This document shows, piece by piece, positions 1 to 10,803 of a stretch of 64,000 nucleotides of DNA; positions within the stretch are counted from its first letter, which is position 1, and every line of letters starts with the position of its first letter. The stretch comes from Escherichia coli (lineage in GTDB: Bacteria > Pseudomonadota > Gammaproteobacteria > Enterobacterales > Enterobacteriaceae), in assembly GCF_003019035.1 (NCBI RefSeq), contig NZ_CP027447.1, one strand, 5' to 3'. Under the pieces are notes generated by a model. It was not told the DNA's origin. It was given only the letters and a program-made list of their open reading frames with translations, and ran no database searches. A program made the position numbers and the translations under genes.

Positions 1-652
1 TGCGGATATTGAAGCAGTGGTCGAAGGTGTACGTACTTTTGGCTATTACAATGCCGGACAGGATTGTACAGCGGCTTGTCGGATCTATGCGCAAAAAGGT
101 ATTTACGATACGCTGGTGGAAAAACTCGGTGCTGCAGTGGCAACGTTAAAATCGGGTGCACCGGCTGAAGAGTCTACGGAGCTTGGACCTTTAAGCTCGC
201 TGGCGCATCTCGAACGCGTCAGCAAGGCGGTAGAAGAGGCGAAAGCGACAGGGCACATCAAAGTGATCACCGGTGGTGAAAAGCGCAAGGGTAATGGCTA
301 TTACTATGCGCCGACGCTACTGGCTGGCGCATTACAGGATGATGCCATCGTGCAAAAAGAGGTATTTGGTCCGGTAGTGAGTGTTACGCTCTTCGACAAC
401 GAAGAACAGGTGGTGAACTGGGCGAATGACAGTCAGTACGGACTTGCATCCTCGGTATGGACGAAAGATGTGGGCAGGGCGCATCGCGTCAGCGCGCGGC
501 TGCAATATGGTTGTACCTGGGTCAATACCCATTTCATGCTGGTAAGTGAAATGCCGCACGGTGGGCAGAAACTTTCTGGTTACGGCAAGGATATGTCACT
601 TTATGGGCTGGAGGATTACACCGTCGTCCGCCACGTCATGGTTAAACATTAA
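1..652 (+). CDS. patD: gamma-aminobutyraldehyde dehydrogenase, C-terminal part (gene starts upstream of the window)
   Basis: Frame is open to the window start (track ORF 17..652 begins at an internal GTG); aldehyde dehydrogenase C-terminus matching my recollection of PatD/YdcW; followed by ortT-ydcY-ydcZ as in K-12. Confidence 0.85.
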   Translation, partial: ADIEAVVEGVRTFGYYNAGQDCTAACRIYAQKGIYDTLVEKLGAAVATLKSGAPAEESTELGPLSSLAHLERVSKAVEEAKATGHIKVITGGEKRKGNGYYYAPTLLAGALQDDAIVQKEVFGPVVSVTLFDNEEQVVNWANDSQYGLASSVWTKDVGRAHRVSARLQYGCTWVNTHFMLVSEMPHGGQKLSGYGKDMSLYGLEDYTVVRHVMVKH

Positions 653-748
653 GGATAATATTGCAGATCGTAAGAGTATGAGATGATCTTGCGTACTGTC
701 AGAGCACTGATTTCTCTGACAGTACGTGCTGCGTGCAAAATCACTACA

Positions 749-844
749 TCAAATAAACCAGCCAAATCTCATAGAGATAAGAGTAAACAAACCAACAGCA
801 GCAAAGACATTTATCAGTACTACAGTTCTACTGGAAACATTCAT
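749..844 (-). CDS. yncL: small membrane protein, 31 aa (MNVSSRTVVLINVFAAVGLFTLISMRFGWFI)
   Basis: Hand translation of the reverse strand; ATG is the reverse complement of 842..844, stop is the reverse complement of 749..751; below the ORF-track size cutoff; matches my recollection of YncL. Confidence 0.6.
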   Translation of the reverse strand: MNVSSRTVVLINVFAAVGLFTLISMRFGWFI

Positions 845-1038
845 TTTTGCCACCTTTTATCATTGCCCCTATGTGTATAGTACGGGTTAAGAAAATCCGC
901 AATAATACTCATTCTGAAGATGGATAAGGGCAAGTTGCTGTTTGATGATTTTTTCTCAAACGGGTGAAAAAACTTGATGCACGTCAAAAAATGACGCATA
1001 TTTGCGCGCGTTTTATTCATCTGGCTGGACGCCCGTAC

Positions 1039-1212
1039 ATGTCTCTCTATCAACACATGCTTGTTTTTTATGCGGTTATGGCAGCAATCGCATTTCTTAT
1101 CACCTGGTTTCTTTCTCACGATAAGAAACGCATCCGTCTCTTAAGCGCCTTTCTGGTGGGGGCAACATGGCCGATGAGTTTCCCGGTGGCGCTGTTATTT
1201 TCACTGTTTTAA
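1039..1212 (+). CDS. ortT: small hydrophobic orphan toxin-like membrane protein, 57 aa
   Basis: Internal ATG of track ORF 964..1212; product MSLYQHMLVFYAVMAAIAFLITW... matches my recollection of YdcX/OrtT. Confidence 0.6.
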   Translation: MSLYQHMLVFYAVMAAIAFLITWFLSHDKKRIRLLSAFLVGATWPMSFPVALLFSLF

Positions 1213-1297
1213 ATCTTACGCACTGGCTTGACGGCACCACGCAGACTTATATCATTTGGATGAATCGATAAATTTCACAAGTGGCTAAGGAGAAAGT

Positions 1298-1531
1298 ATG
1301 TCGCATCTGGATGAAGTCATCGCGCGCGTGGATGCCGCGATTGAAGAGAGCGTCATTGCCCATATGAACGAATTATTAATCGCCCTGAGCGATGACGCGG
1401 AGTTAAGTCGGGAAGATCGCTACACCCAGCAGCAGCGTTTGCGCACAGCGATCGCCCATCACGGTCGCAAACATAAAGAAGATATGGAAGCGCGCCACGA
1501 ACAGTTAACCAAAGGTGGCACCATCCTCTGA
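1298..1531 (+). CDS. ydcY: DUF2526-like small protein, 77 aa
   Basis: Track ORF with GGAG ribosome-binding site upstream; position matches K-12 ydcY. Confidence 0.7.
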   Translation: MSHLDEVIARVDAAIEESVIAHMNELLIALSDDAELSREDRYTQQQRLRTAIAHHGRKHKEDMEARHEQLTKGGTIL

Positions 1532-1981
1532 TTAAAATGTGCGCCTGGCCACCAGCCAGGCGCCAACCACAAGTAAAATTGCGCCACAAATTGGGCCGAA
1601 CAACGCCCGTAGTGGTACGCCATGACTGCGAAAGATATCCAGCACCAGACCGCCAATCAACTGGCTGGCGACCAGTACTGCAATAGTTGTCGCCGCTCCC
1701 ACATTCTGATATCCGCTGATACTGGCGAAGACAAAAAACGATCCCAGCAAGCCAGGTATAAGTGTCCACCATCGCACGCTGGACACCAGTTCGCCAAACC
1801 CCGCCATACCTTGTTTAAACCATAAAATAGAAACAAAGAGCACAATCCCCACCAGTGAGTTCAGCAACATGGCGATGAGAATGGTAGAGGAGGTCTGGGT
1901 GATGCGCACCATCAGCGTGTTCTGGACTACCAGACCAATTCCGGCGGCAATCAAAAAAGCAAGGGTGAGCGACTGATTCAT
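1532..1981 (-). CDS. ydcZ: DMT-superfamily inner membrane protein, 149 aa
   Basis: Track ORF; strongly hydrophobic multi-helix product; synteny. Confidence 0.8.
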   Translation of the reverse strand: MNQSLTLAFLIAAGIGLVVQNTLMVRITQTSSTILIAMLLNSLVGIVLFVSILWFKQGMAGFGELVSSVRWWTLIPGLLGSFFVFASISGYQNVGAATTIAVLVASQLIGGLVLDIFRSHGVPLRALFGPICGAILLVVGAWLVARRTF

Positions 1982-2496
1982 CCAATCGCGTCCGGTTCAG
2001 TGCGTTCGTCGAGTTGCAACTGCATAAATGTCAGATCCAGCCAGCGCCCAAATTTAGTGCCCACCTGCGGCATTTGCGCGGTGACGACAAATCCCAGCGA
2101 CTGGTGGAGATGCAGCGAAGCCTGATTTTGCGATTCGATCCCGGCGACCATGACATGCTTCCCGCAATCCCTCGCTTCATCAATCAATCGGCTTAACAAT
2201 TTACGCCCAAGACCTTTGCCCTGATGATCGGGATGGACATAAATCGAATGTTCCACGGTATGGCGAAAACCATCGAAACTACGCCAGTCGCCAAACGAGG
2301 CATATCCTGTAACTACGCCATCTTCTTCACTCACCAGCACCGGATAACCTGCTAAAGTCCGCGCTTCGAACCAGGCAATGCGGTTATCTGCATCCACCGT
2401 TTGGTCATTCCAGATAGCCGCCGTATACAACACGGCGTGGTTATAAATTTCCGCAATGGCAGCACAGTCGGCTTTGCGGGCAAAACGGATGGACAT
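1978..2496 (-). CDS. mnaT: GNAT N-acetyltransferase (L-methionine sulfoximine/sulfone acetyltransferase), 172 aa
   Basis: Internal ATG (reverse complement of 2494..2496) of track ORF 1978..2730; product begins MSIRFARKADCAAIAEIYNH; GNAT motif QGKGLGRKLL. Confidence 0.85.
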   Translation of the reverse strand: MSIRFARKADCAAIAEIYNHAVLYTAAIWNDQTVDADNRIAWFEARTLAGYPVLVSEEDGVVTGYASFGDWRSFDGFRHTVEHSIYVHPDHQGKGLGRKLLSRLIDEARDCGKHVMVAGIESQNQASLHLHQSLGFVVTAQMPQVGTKFGRWLDLTFMQLQLDERTEPDAIG

Positions 2497-2676
2497 GTCT
2501 GGCCTCGATAAAATAATGATGGTGATGTTATCAATACTATCGAAAACAGCCCGAAGCAACGGATTCCTCGATGAAATTATTGCGTGCTGCAGAGGGGATG
2601 TGACGGCTGCAAACAAAACCATTCCTGCGAGCCTGCTACTATTGATGGATTCATGCCAAAAGCACAGGAGAGCATT

Positions 2677-3714
2677 ATGGGGCAACAAAAGCAGCGTAAC
2701 CGCCGTTGGGTTCTGGCCTCGCGTCCGCATGGCGCACCGGTTCCGGAGAATTTCCGTCTTGAAGAAGATGATGTCGCCACACCGGGTGAAGGACAGGTGT
2801 TACTGCGCACAGTTTATTTGTCCCTGGACCCGTATATGCGTGGACGTATGAGCGATGAGCCATCTTATTCACCGCCGGTTGATATTGGCGGCGTGATGGT
2901 CGGCGGTACGGTGAGCCGTGTCGTGGAGTCGAATCATCCTGATTACCAGCCTGGCGACTGGGTGCTGGGCTACAGTGGATGGCAGGACTATGACATATCC
3001 AGTGGTGATGAACTGGTGAAACTTGGCGATCATCCGCAAAATCCATCGTGGTCGCTGGGTGTGCTGGGGATGCCAGGCTTTACTGCTTATATGGGCCTAC
3101 TGGATATCGGTCAGCCTAAAGAGGGCGAAACGCTGGTGGTTGCGGCGGCGACAGGACCAGTAGGGGCGACGGTGGGGCAAATCGGCAAACTTAAAGGTTG
3201 TAGAGTGGTTGGGGTGGCCGGCGGCGTGGAAAAATGCCGCCATGCTACTGAGGTGCTGGGCTTCGATGTTTGTCTTGACCATCACGCGGATGATTTTGCC
3301 GAACAACTGGCGAAAGCGTGCCCAAAAGGTATTGATATCTATTATGAAAACGTGGGCGGTAAGGTATTTGATGCAGTGCTACCTTTACTTAATACATCTG
3401 CGCGCATTCCCGTTTGTGGCTTAGTGAGCAGCTATAACGCTACAGAGCTACCACCCGGTCCGGATCGTTTACCTCTGTTGATGGCTACGGTGCTGAAAAA
3501 ACGTATTCGCTTGCAAGGATTTATTATCGCTCAGGATTATGGTCACCGCATCCATGAGTTTCAGAAGGAGATGGGGCAATGGGTGAAAGAGGATAAAATT
3601 CACTATCGTGAACAAATTACCAACGGTTTGGAGAATGCCCCACAGACGTTTATTGGCCTGCTGAACGGCAAAAACTTCGGTAAAGTTGTTATTCGCGTCG
3701 CGGATGATGATTAA
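2677..3714 (+). CDS. curA: NADPH-dependent curcumin/dihydrocurcumin reductase (medium-chain dehydrogenase), 345 aa
   Basis: ATG at 2677 with AGGAG ribosome-binding site at 2666..2670; internal start of track ORF 2584..3714. Confidence 0.85.
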   Translation: MGQQKQRNRRWVLASRPHGAPVPENFRLEEDDVATPGEGQVLLRTVYLSLDPYMRGRMSDEPSYSPPVDIGGVMVGGTVSRVVESNHPDYQPGDWVLGYSGWQDYDISSGDELVKLGDHPQNPSWSLGVLGMPGFTAYMGLLDIGQPKEGETLVVAAATGPVGATVGQIGKLKGCRVVGVAGGVEKCRHATEVLGFDVCLDHHADDFAEQLAKACPKGIDIYYENVGGKVFDAVLPLLNTSARIPVCGLVSSYNATELPPGPDRLPLLMATVLKKRIRLQGFIIAQDYGHRIHEFQKEMGQWVKEDKIHYREQITNGLENAPQTFIGLLNGKNFGKVVIRVADDD

Positions 3715-3912
3715 AGATACGACGGCGGCATAAAGCCGCCATAAAAATCCAGGCAAAAAGCTTATTTTCAGCTTTAATTAACTAACCACGTCATTGTTCT
3801 GCTGCTAATAACAACAAAGGTGAGTGGTTTATGATTATTCACTTTAATACACCAGGTGAACTCCTTCTGCCATGCAGGCAGGGTTGGACAGAAAACACGC
3901 GAAGGAATTAAA

Positions 3913-4578
3913 ATGCCTGGAACGGGAAAAATGAAACATGTCAGTTTGACTCTGCAGGTTGAGAACGACCTGAAACATCAGCTTAGTATTGGCGCATTAA
4001 AACCTGGCGCACGCCTGATTACTAAAAATCTGGCGGAGCAATTAGGTATGAGTATTACACCTGTGCGTGAAGCATTATTACGTCTGGTTTCGGTGAATGC
4101 GCTTTCTGTCGCACCAGCGCAAGCATTTACAGTTCCGGAAGTGGGGAAACGTCAATTAGACGAAATCAATCGGATCCGCTACGAGCTGGAATTAATGGCA
4201 GTTACTCTGGCTGTTGAAAACCTCACCCCGCAAGACCTGGCGGAACTCCAGGAATTGCTTGAGAAATTACAGCAGGCGCAAGAAAAGGGCGACATGGAAC
4301 GAATCATTAATGCGAGCAGGCTATTTCGCTTAGCAATTTATCATCGTTCAAATATGCCCATTCTGTGTGAGATGATTGAGCAACTGTGGGTCAGGATGGG
4401 ACCTGGTTTACATTATCTCTATGAAGCGATTAATCCAGCGGAATTACGGGAGCGTATAGCAAACTATCATCTATTACTCGCCACGCTAAAAGCAAAAGAC
4501 AAAGAGGGATGCAGACATTGTCTTGCTGAAATTATGCAACAGAATATTGCTATTCTATACCAGCAATACAATCGTTAA
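3913..4578 (+). CDS. mcbR: GntR/FadR-family transcriptional regulator, 221 aa
   Basis: ATG at 3913 inside track ORF 3856..4578; N-terminal GntR helix-turn-helix; synteny. Confidence 0.8.
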   Translation: MPGTGKMKHVSLTLQVENDLKHQLSIGALKPGARLITKNLAEQLGMSITPVREALLRLVSVNALSVAPAQAFTVPEVGKRQLDEINRIRYELELMAVTLAVENLTPQDLAELQELLEKLQQAQEKGDMERIINASRLFRLAIYHRSNMPILCEMIEQLWVRMGPGLHYLYEAINPAELRERIANYHLLLATLKAKDKEGCRHCLAEIMQQNIAILYQQYNR

Positions 4579-4583
4579 ATTAA

Positions 4584-4605
4584 ATGCCCGGCAAATGCCG
4601 GGCAT
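4584..4605. terminator. Intrinsic hairpin terminator between convergent mcbR and yncD
   Basis: Perfect 9-bp stem atgcccggc / gccgggcat with aaat loop, in the 35-bp gap between two convergent stop codons. Confidence 0.5.
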
Positions 4606-4613
4606 CAAGGTAA

Positions 4614-6716
4614 TTACTCAAATCGCCACGCAATATTCATGCCGACACCATAATTTCGCCCGGGAGCTGGTTCGTAATATCGACCATTTGATTCATTAAC
4701 AATCACCGATCCGACATATTCTTTATCGAATAAATTATCGACACGACCAAATAAATCCATAGTTAAATTGTGGTAATTGTATTTATACCCCGTGAATAAG
4801 CCGACGAGTGTATAAGAAGGTGCTTTGGCCGTATTTTCATCATCTGCCATAATATCGCCCATATAACGTGTTTCTGTGCCTGCATACCAGCCATCTTCCG
4901 GTACGTAACCTAAAGACACAAAGCCCATATTACGGGCGATCCCTGGCATCCGGTTACCGTTACAATCCTGTTCATTGCAAACATTGCTGCGATAGGTCGC
5001 ATCAAGCCAGGTCCAGGACGCTTTTACGCGAAAATCTCCCGCGAAACGTTGATCCCATGCCAGTTCAGCGCCTTGACGACGGGTCTTTCCGGCATTTTTG
5101 TAAGTCGTACGCCCACCGCTACTGCTATCGACAACAATTTCATCATCGGTGTCGGTCTGGAACAATGCGAGACTAAGCAGCCCATCACCAATACGCGTTT
5201 TACTGCCGATCTCAATTGTATCGTTGGTGGAGGGTTTTAACCCAAAGTTCATACCGCTTTGTCCATCAGCACGATAAGACAGCTCATTAATCGTCGGCGT
5301 TTCAAAACCTCGCCCGGCTGCCAGATAGATATTCCAGGCATCGGTCATTGCATATTTTAACGAACCGGCAGGTAGCCATTTGTGATAACTGGCATCACCG
5401 CTGTCATCGCCGTTACCCGGAGTAACGTAATGGTCGTTGGAATCAAACCACACGGAGCTGTAGCGCACGCCAGCATCCAGCGACAGTTTTTCGCTCAGCT
5501 GCCACTGCGTCTGTAAATAGGGATCGACGTTCCACATCAGATTGCGTTCGTCGCGGCGCAACTCACCTTTTTGCCCGTATTCCGGCACGCCGCTATTCAG
5601 GCGGAAGTTATTGTAGCCCTTGCGGTTTTCACTCATGTTTTCGTAGTTCAGGCCGGTAGTGAACGTGAGCGGAACGCCCAGTTCACCACGGTGTGTCCAG
5701 CGGCTGTCTATCCCCTGGTAATGGCGTTGCAGAGTAATCACGCCGCCCGCATGCGACGGGTTAAGTTGGGGGGCCATCGGGATTGACTGGTACTGGGTCG
5801 TTTCTCGCTCTCCGGCATACATCATCACACTCATATCATCCCGCGAACTCAGGCTACGTTCATAGCGCAACCCAGCCTGAGTTTGCTTGATGGTTTTTCG
5901 CGTGTCGTACTGTTCTGCACGAGGCGCTTGTTGTGGATTCGCCTTCCATTCTGCTTTGGTTAGCCCACCTGGGTCATCTGCTTTGATATCCACACTATTG
6001 AAAATCAGGCTTAATTTGCTGGCGTCATCAATGCGTACGCCCAGTTTGGCATTGGCTAAATTTTTCTGTGCGCCACTATGGTCACGATAGCCGTGGGTCG
6101 TAAAACGCGTGGTTGAGACGGTGTAATCAACATCGCCGGGCTGTGTGCCGTCTCCCGTTGCGCCCGTTGCTTTCAGCCCATAGCGCCAGCTGCCAAAACT
6201 GCCGTAGTAACTACTGGCTTCAATGGTTGGTGGCTGTTGTCCGGTCTGGGTGGTGACATTCATTACACCGCCAGACGCGTTGCCATACAGGGCAGAGAAG
6301 GGGCCACGCAGCACTTCCACATTTTGCACACTGCTTAAATCGATGTTGGATGTTTGCCCTTGCCCGTCGGGCATGGTGGCGGGAATACCGTCCACATACA
6401 GGCGAATACCGCGAATTCCGTAAGTGGAACGGGAGCCAAATCCGCGAATCGACAGCTGTAAATCTTGCGCATAGTTCTGCCGGTTTTGTACCTGCAAACC
6501 AGGCACGCCGGTCAGTGATTCGGACAAGTTAATGCGCGGTGTTGCCAGGCGCATCTCCTCGCCATCCACCACGCTTACTGCTGCAGGGGTATCCAGTTCT
6601 GAAACCACCTGCGGCGCGGCACTGACAATCATGGTCTGTTCATCAGCGGCAAAAACAACGGGGGAAAGGACAAGCAGTGCGGGCAAAACGGTCTGTCGGA
6701 CGGAAAAAATCTTCAT
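4614..6716 (-). CDS. yncD: TonB-dependent outer membrane receptor, 700 aa
   Basis: Track ORF; signal peptide, plug and beta-barrel, C-terminal aromatic residue (…AWRFE). Confidence 0.85.
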   Translation of the reverse strand: MKIFSVRQTVLPALLVLSPVVFAADEQTMIVSAAPQVVSELDTPAAVSVVDGEEMRLATPRINLSESLTGVPGLQVQNRQNYAQDLQLSIRGFGSRSTYGIRGIRLYVDGIPATMPDGQGQTSNIDLSSVQNVEVLRGPFSALYGNASGGVMNVTTQTGQQPPTIEASSYYGSFGSWRYGLKATGATGDGTQPGDVDYTVSTTRFTTHGYRDHSGAQKNLANAKLGVRIDDASKLSLIFNSVDIKADDPGGLTKAEWKANPQQAPRAEQYDTRKTIKQTQAGLRYERSLSSRDDMSVMMYAGERETTQYQSIPMAPQLNPSHAGGVITLQRHYQGIDSRWTHRGELGVPLTFTTGLNYENMSENRKGYNNFRLNSGVPEYGQKGELRRDERNLMWNVDPYLQTQWQLSEKLSLDAGVRYSSVWFDSNDHYVTPGNGDDSGDASYHKWLPAGSLKYAMTDAWNIYLAAGRGFETPTINELSYRADGQSGMNFGLKPSTNDTIEIGSKTRIGDGLLSLALFQTDTDDEIVVDSSSGGRTTYKNAGKTRRQGAELAWDQRFAGDFRVKASWTWLDATYRSNVCNEQDCNGNRMPGIARNMGFVSLGYVPEDGWYAGTETRYMGDIMADDENTAKAPSYTLVGLFTGYKYNYHNLTMDLFGRVDNLFDKEYVGSVIVNESNGRYYEPAPGRNYGVGMNIAWRFE

Positions 6717-6957
6717 GAAAAAAGCCAGGTTAAGAATGGGAAAACGCCGTCATGGTAATGAAATTGTAAATTTATGGAAAATGAAACGGCACAATACGTT
6801 AAGTAATTGAGAAAATTGTAGTCGTAACGGCAAGAAATGCTCCACATTTGAGAAAATAATGATTACCATTCCCATTTATAACAAGAGCGTAACGATGATT
6901 ACGCTTAGCGAAGCATTGTGAAGCAGCAAAAATATCGGTTCATCAAAGGGAGTCGTC

Positions 6958-8019
6958 ATGCATTTACGTCATCTGTTTTCATTGCGCCTGCGTGGTTCAT
7001 TACTGTTAGGTTCATTGCTTGTTGCTTCATCATTCAGTACGCAGGCCGCAGAAGAAATGCTGCGTAAAGCGGTAGGTAAAGGTGCCTACGAAATGGCTTA
7101 TAGCCAGCAAGAAAACGCGCTGTGGCTCGCCACTTCGCAAAGCCGCAAACTGGATAAAGGTGGCGTGGTTTATCGTCTTGATCCGGTCACTCTGGAAGTG
7201 ACGCAGGCGATCCATAACGATCTCAAGCCGTTTGGTGCCACCATCAATAACACGACTCAGACGTTGTGGTTTGGTAACACCGTAAATAGTGCGGTCACGG
7301 CGATAGATGCCAAAACGGGCGAAGTGAAAGGACGTCTGGTGCTTGATGAGCGTAAACGTACCGAAGAAGTGCGTCCGTTGCAGCCGCGTGAGCTGGTAAC
7401 TGATGATGCCACGAACACCGTTTACATCAGTGGTATTGGTAAAGAGAGCGTGATTTGGGTCGTTGATGGCGAGAATATCAAACTGAAAACCGCCATCCAG
7501 AACACCGGTAAAATGAGTACCGGTCTGGCGCAGGATAGCAAAGGCAAACGTCTTTACACCACTAACGCTGACGGCGAATTGATTACCATCGACACCGCCG
7601 ACAATAAAATCCTCAGCCGTAAAAAGCTGCTGGATGACGGCAAAGAGCACTTCTTTATCAACATCAGCCTTGATACCACCAATCAGCGTGCATTTATCAC
7701 CGATTCTAAAGCGGCAGAAGTGTTAGTGGTTGATACCCGTAATGGCAATATTCTTGCGAAGGTTGCGGCACCGGAATCACTGGCTGTGCTGTTTAACCCA
7801 GCGCGTAATGAAGCCTACGTGACGCATCGTCAGGCAGGTAAAGTCAGTGTGATTGACGCGAAAAGCTATAAAGTGGTGAAAACGTTCGATACGCCGACTC
7901 ATCCGAACAGCCTGGCGCTGTCTGCAGATGGCAAAACGCTGTATGTCAGTGTGAAACAAAAATCCACTAAACAGCAGGAAGCTACCCAGCCGGACGATGT
8001 GATTCGTATTGCGCTGTAA
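6958..8019 (+). CDS. yncE: Secreted beta-propeller protein, 353 aa
   Basis: Track ORF; signal peptide; synteny. Confidence 0.85.
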   Translation: MHLRHLFSLRLRGSLLLGSLLVASSFSTQAAEEMLRKAVGKGAYEMAYSQQENALWLATSQSRKLDKGGVVYRLDPVTLEVTQAIHNDLKPFGATINNTTQTLWFGNTVNSAVTAIDAKTGEVKGRLVLDERKRTEEVRPLQPRELVTDDATNTVYISGIGKESVIWVVDGENIKLKTAIQNTGKMSTGLAQDSKGKRLYTTNADGELITIDTADNKILSRKKLLDDGKEHFFINISLDTTNQRAFITDSKAAEVLVVDTRNGNILAKVAAPESLAVLFNPARNEAYVTHRQAGKVSVIDAKSYKVVKTFDTPTHPNSLALSADGKTLYVSVKQKSTKQQEATQPDDVIRIAL

Positions 8020-8100
8020 TAGATATGGCGAGGGTGAAAACGGAGAGACTTGCCTGACTTTTATCACGCCGTATCCGGCACCTTCGTCAGTAATTTGAAT

Positions 8101-8127
8101 TTGCCCGGCACGTAGCCGGGCAATTTT
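8101..8127 (+). terminator. Intrinsic terminator after yncE
   Basis: 9-bp stem ttgcccggc / gccgggcaa with 5-nt loop followed by a T-run. Confidence 0.45.
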
Positions 8128-8131
8128 GCAA

Positions 8132-9631
8132 TTAACTCGCCGTTTCAGGCTTAAACACAATTTCCTGTTGTTCTTCATCTTCCTCGACGACTGGCGCAGT
8201 GCTGTGAATTTCAGCAACGCGTTTGCGCACACCAAACCAGCCTATAACCAGCAGAATACCGATAATCGGCAGCGCCGCGATAGTATAAGTCCCGTTCGGG
8301 TAATCGAACGCCATCAGCACCAGAACACTCAGTAAAAACAGTAATGTCAGCCAGGAAGTGAAGGGCGCGCCAGGCAGTTTAAAACTGACATCCGCTGCTT
8401 TGCCTTCTTTAATCGCTTTACGCAGGCGCATCTGGCACACGATGATAAACGCCCATGAAGCGATGATTCCCAGCGACGCGAAGTTCAACACAATCTCAAA
8501 TACGCGCGACGGCACCAGATAGTTGAGGAATACGCCGACGACATACACAACCAGTGTCGCCAGAATCCCGGCATACGGCACATGCTGACGACTCATTTTC
8601 GCCATAAAACTCGGTGCGGAACCGCCCATCGCCATTGAGCGCAGAATGCGTCCGGTGCAGTACAGACCTGAATTCAGGCTGGAGAGGGCAGCGGTCAGCA
8701 CCACAATGTTCATAATGCTGCCGATATATGGCACACCCAGTTTAGAGAAAAACGTCACGAACGGACTTTGCCCCGCCTGATACGCGCTCCACGGCAATAA
8801 CATAACCAGCAACACCACGGAGCCGACGTAAAACAGGCCAATACGCCAAATCACACTGTTAATGGCTTTAGGCACCATGGTCTGCGGATCTTTACATTCT
8901 CCGGCAGCTGTCCCCACCATTTCAATGGAGGCAAAAGCAAACACTACGCCCTGAATCAACACCAGCGCAGGCAGCAAACCGTGGGGGAAGAAGCCGCCAT
9001 TATCGGTGATTAAATGAAAGCCAGTGGTGTTGCCATCCAGCGGCTGACCACTACCGAGGAACACTGTACCCACGACCAAAAAGGTCACAATGGCGAGCAC
9101 TTTAATAAGCGCAAACCAGAACTCCATCTCCGCAAACCATTTCACACCGATCATATTCATGGTGCCAACGATGGTAAGTGCAGCGAGCGCAAAGACCCAC
9201 TGCGGCACGCCGCCAAACGCACCCCAGTAATGCATATACAGAGCGACGGCGGTAATATCAACAATCCCCGTCATCGCCCAGTTGATGAAGTACATCCAGC
9301 CAGCAACATAAGCGGCTTTCTCACCCAAAAACTCACGGGCATAAGAGACAAAACTGCCACTGGAAGGGCGGTGTAGCACCAGCTCACCCAATGCACGCAG
9401 AATAAAAAACGAAAACAAGCCACAAATTAAATAAACCAGTGCCAGTGCTGGACCCGCCATTTGCAGTCGGGCTCCTGCACCTAAAAACAAGCCGGTGCCA
9501 ATCGCGCCGCCAATGGCGATCATCTGTACCTGGCGATTGCCCATCGCTTTGTGATACCCCTCTTCGTGGGCATTAAGCCAGCGGCGTTTCGCGGCGTGTT
9601 GATCTGAAGTGTCGGTGTCGTGTTTACTCAT
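8132..9631 (-). CDS. ansP: L-asparagine permease (APC family), 499 aa
   Basis: Internal ATG (reverse complement of 9629..9631) with GGGAGAG ribosome-binding site; track ORF 8132..9682. Confidence 0.85.
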   Translation of the reverse strand: MSKHDTDTSDQHAAKRRWLNAHEEGYHKAMGNRQVQMIAIGGAIGTGLFLGAGARLQMAGPALALVYLICGLFSFFILRALGELVLHRPSSGSFVSYAREFLGEKAAYVAGWMYFINWAMTGIVDITAVALYMHYWGAFGGVPQWVFALAALTIVGTMNMIGVKWFAEMEFWFALIKVLAIVTFLVVGTVFLGSGQPLDGNTTGFHLITDNGGFFPHGLLPALVLIQGVVFAFASIEMVGTAAGECKDPQTMVPKAINSVIWRIGLFYVGSVVLLVMLLPWSAYQAGQSPFVTFFSKLGVPYIGSIMNIVVLTAALSSLNSGLYCTGRILRSMAMGGSAPSFMAKMSRQHVPYAGILATLVVYVVGVFLNYLVPSRVFEIVLNFASLGIIASWAFIIVCQMRLRKAIKEGKAADVSFKLPGAPFTSWLTLLFLLSVLVLMAFDYPNGTYTIAALPIIGILLVIGWFGVRKRVAEIHSTAPVVEEDEEQQEIVFKPETAS

Positions 9632-9897
9632 TGCTCTCCCTGATTGCTTTAATGAAAAAGTCATATAAGTTGCCATGAACAATGTTTATTCATCCTGGCG
9701 ATGATAGTTATCACCATTATTCTTTATGGGTATAAAACTATCGGCGCAGCATCCTACCCGTTATCGATAAACGATGCAAAACATCCCCTTACAATCCTGA
9801 AGGGGAATAATACAACTGACGAAAAAATGACAAATCCTTTTGCTGGTTAACCTGTGTACTGTCCTACACTTAATCTTTAAAAGATTGTGAGGGGCAT

Positions 9898-10515
9898 ATG
9901 ATTAAGGTGTATGGCGTACCCGGATGGGGCTCTACAATCAGTGAGCTGATGCTAACACTGGCTGATATTCCTTATCAGTTCTTTGATGTCAGTGGTTTTG
10001 ACCACGAGGGAACTTCACGCGAGTTATTGAAAACCCTGAACCCGTTGTGTCAGATTCCGACACTGGCGCTGGAAAATGACGAGATTATGACGGAGACAGC
10101 GGCGATTGCATTGATGGTTCTCGATCGTCGCCCGGACCTTGCGCCACCGGTTGGGCGCGCCGAACGTCAGCAGTTTCAACGGCTATTGGTCTGGCTGGTT
10201 GCTAATGTCTATCCAACATTCACTTTCGCCGATTACCCTGAGCGTTGGGCTCCTGACGCACCTGAACAGTTAAAGAAGAATGTTATTGAATATCGAAAAT
10301 CGCTTTATATCTGGTTGAATTCGCAGCTCACTGCTGAACCTTATGCGTTTGGTGAGCAACTAACGCTGGTGGACTGTTATCTTTGCACTATGCGCACATG
10401 GGGGCCTGGGCATGAATGGTTTCAGGATAATGCCACGAATATCAGTGCGATTGCTGATGCTGTATGTCAGTTACCGAAATTACAAGAAGTATTAAAAAGG
10501 AATGAAATTATTTGA
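9898..10515 (+). CDS. yncG: Glutathione S-transferase-like protein, 205 aa
   Basis: Track ORF; GST fold; synteny. Confidence 0.8.
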   Translation: MIKVYGVPGWGSTISELMLTLADIPYQFFDVSGFDHEGTSRELLKTLNPLCQIPTLALENDEIMTETAAIALMVLDRRPDLAPPVGRAERQQFQRLLVWLVANVYPTFTFADYPERWAPDAPEQLKKNVIEYRKSLYIWLNSQLTAEPYAFGEQLTLVDCYLCTMRTWGPGHEWFQDNATNISAIADAVCQLPKLQEVLKRNEII

Positions 10516-10590
10516 GTGGGATACCAGAAGATTATGTTATTTATTATTCAGTAACTTTATCCACAATGATGGGCGTAATTAATTAAATTC

Positions 10591-10803
10591 ATGTTATGTT
10601 TTTTAATTTATATCACTCTCCCTTTCATTCAGCTTGTCTATTTCATTTCCTCTGAAAAGAAACTAACTATTCACATTGTGCAGATGTTTCAGTTGTTATC
10701 ACAGGTATTCTATAATCTCAAAATGTTTTTAATGATGGATATGCTCGGAGTTGGAGATGCAATTAATATTAATACAAATAAAAATATCCGGCAGGTATGC
10801 TAA
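10591..10803 (+). CDS. yncH: Small hypothetical protein, 70 aa
   Basis: Track ORF in an AT-rich region; position matches K-12 yncH. Confidence 0.45.
   Translation: MLCFLIYITLPFIQLVYFISSEKKLTIHIVQMFQLLSQVFYNLKMFLMMDMLGVGDAININTNKNIRQVC

Noticed and set aside
683-880. 65-aa plus-strand ORF from the track
   Set aside because: The opposite strand encodes the recognisable small protein YncL; the plus-strand product has no features of a real protein.
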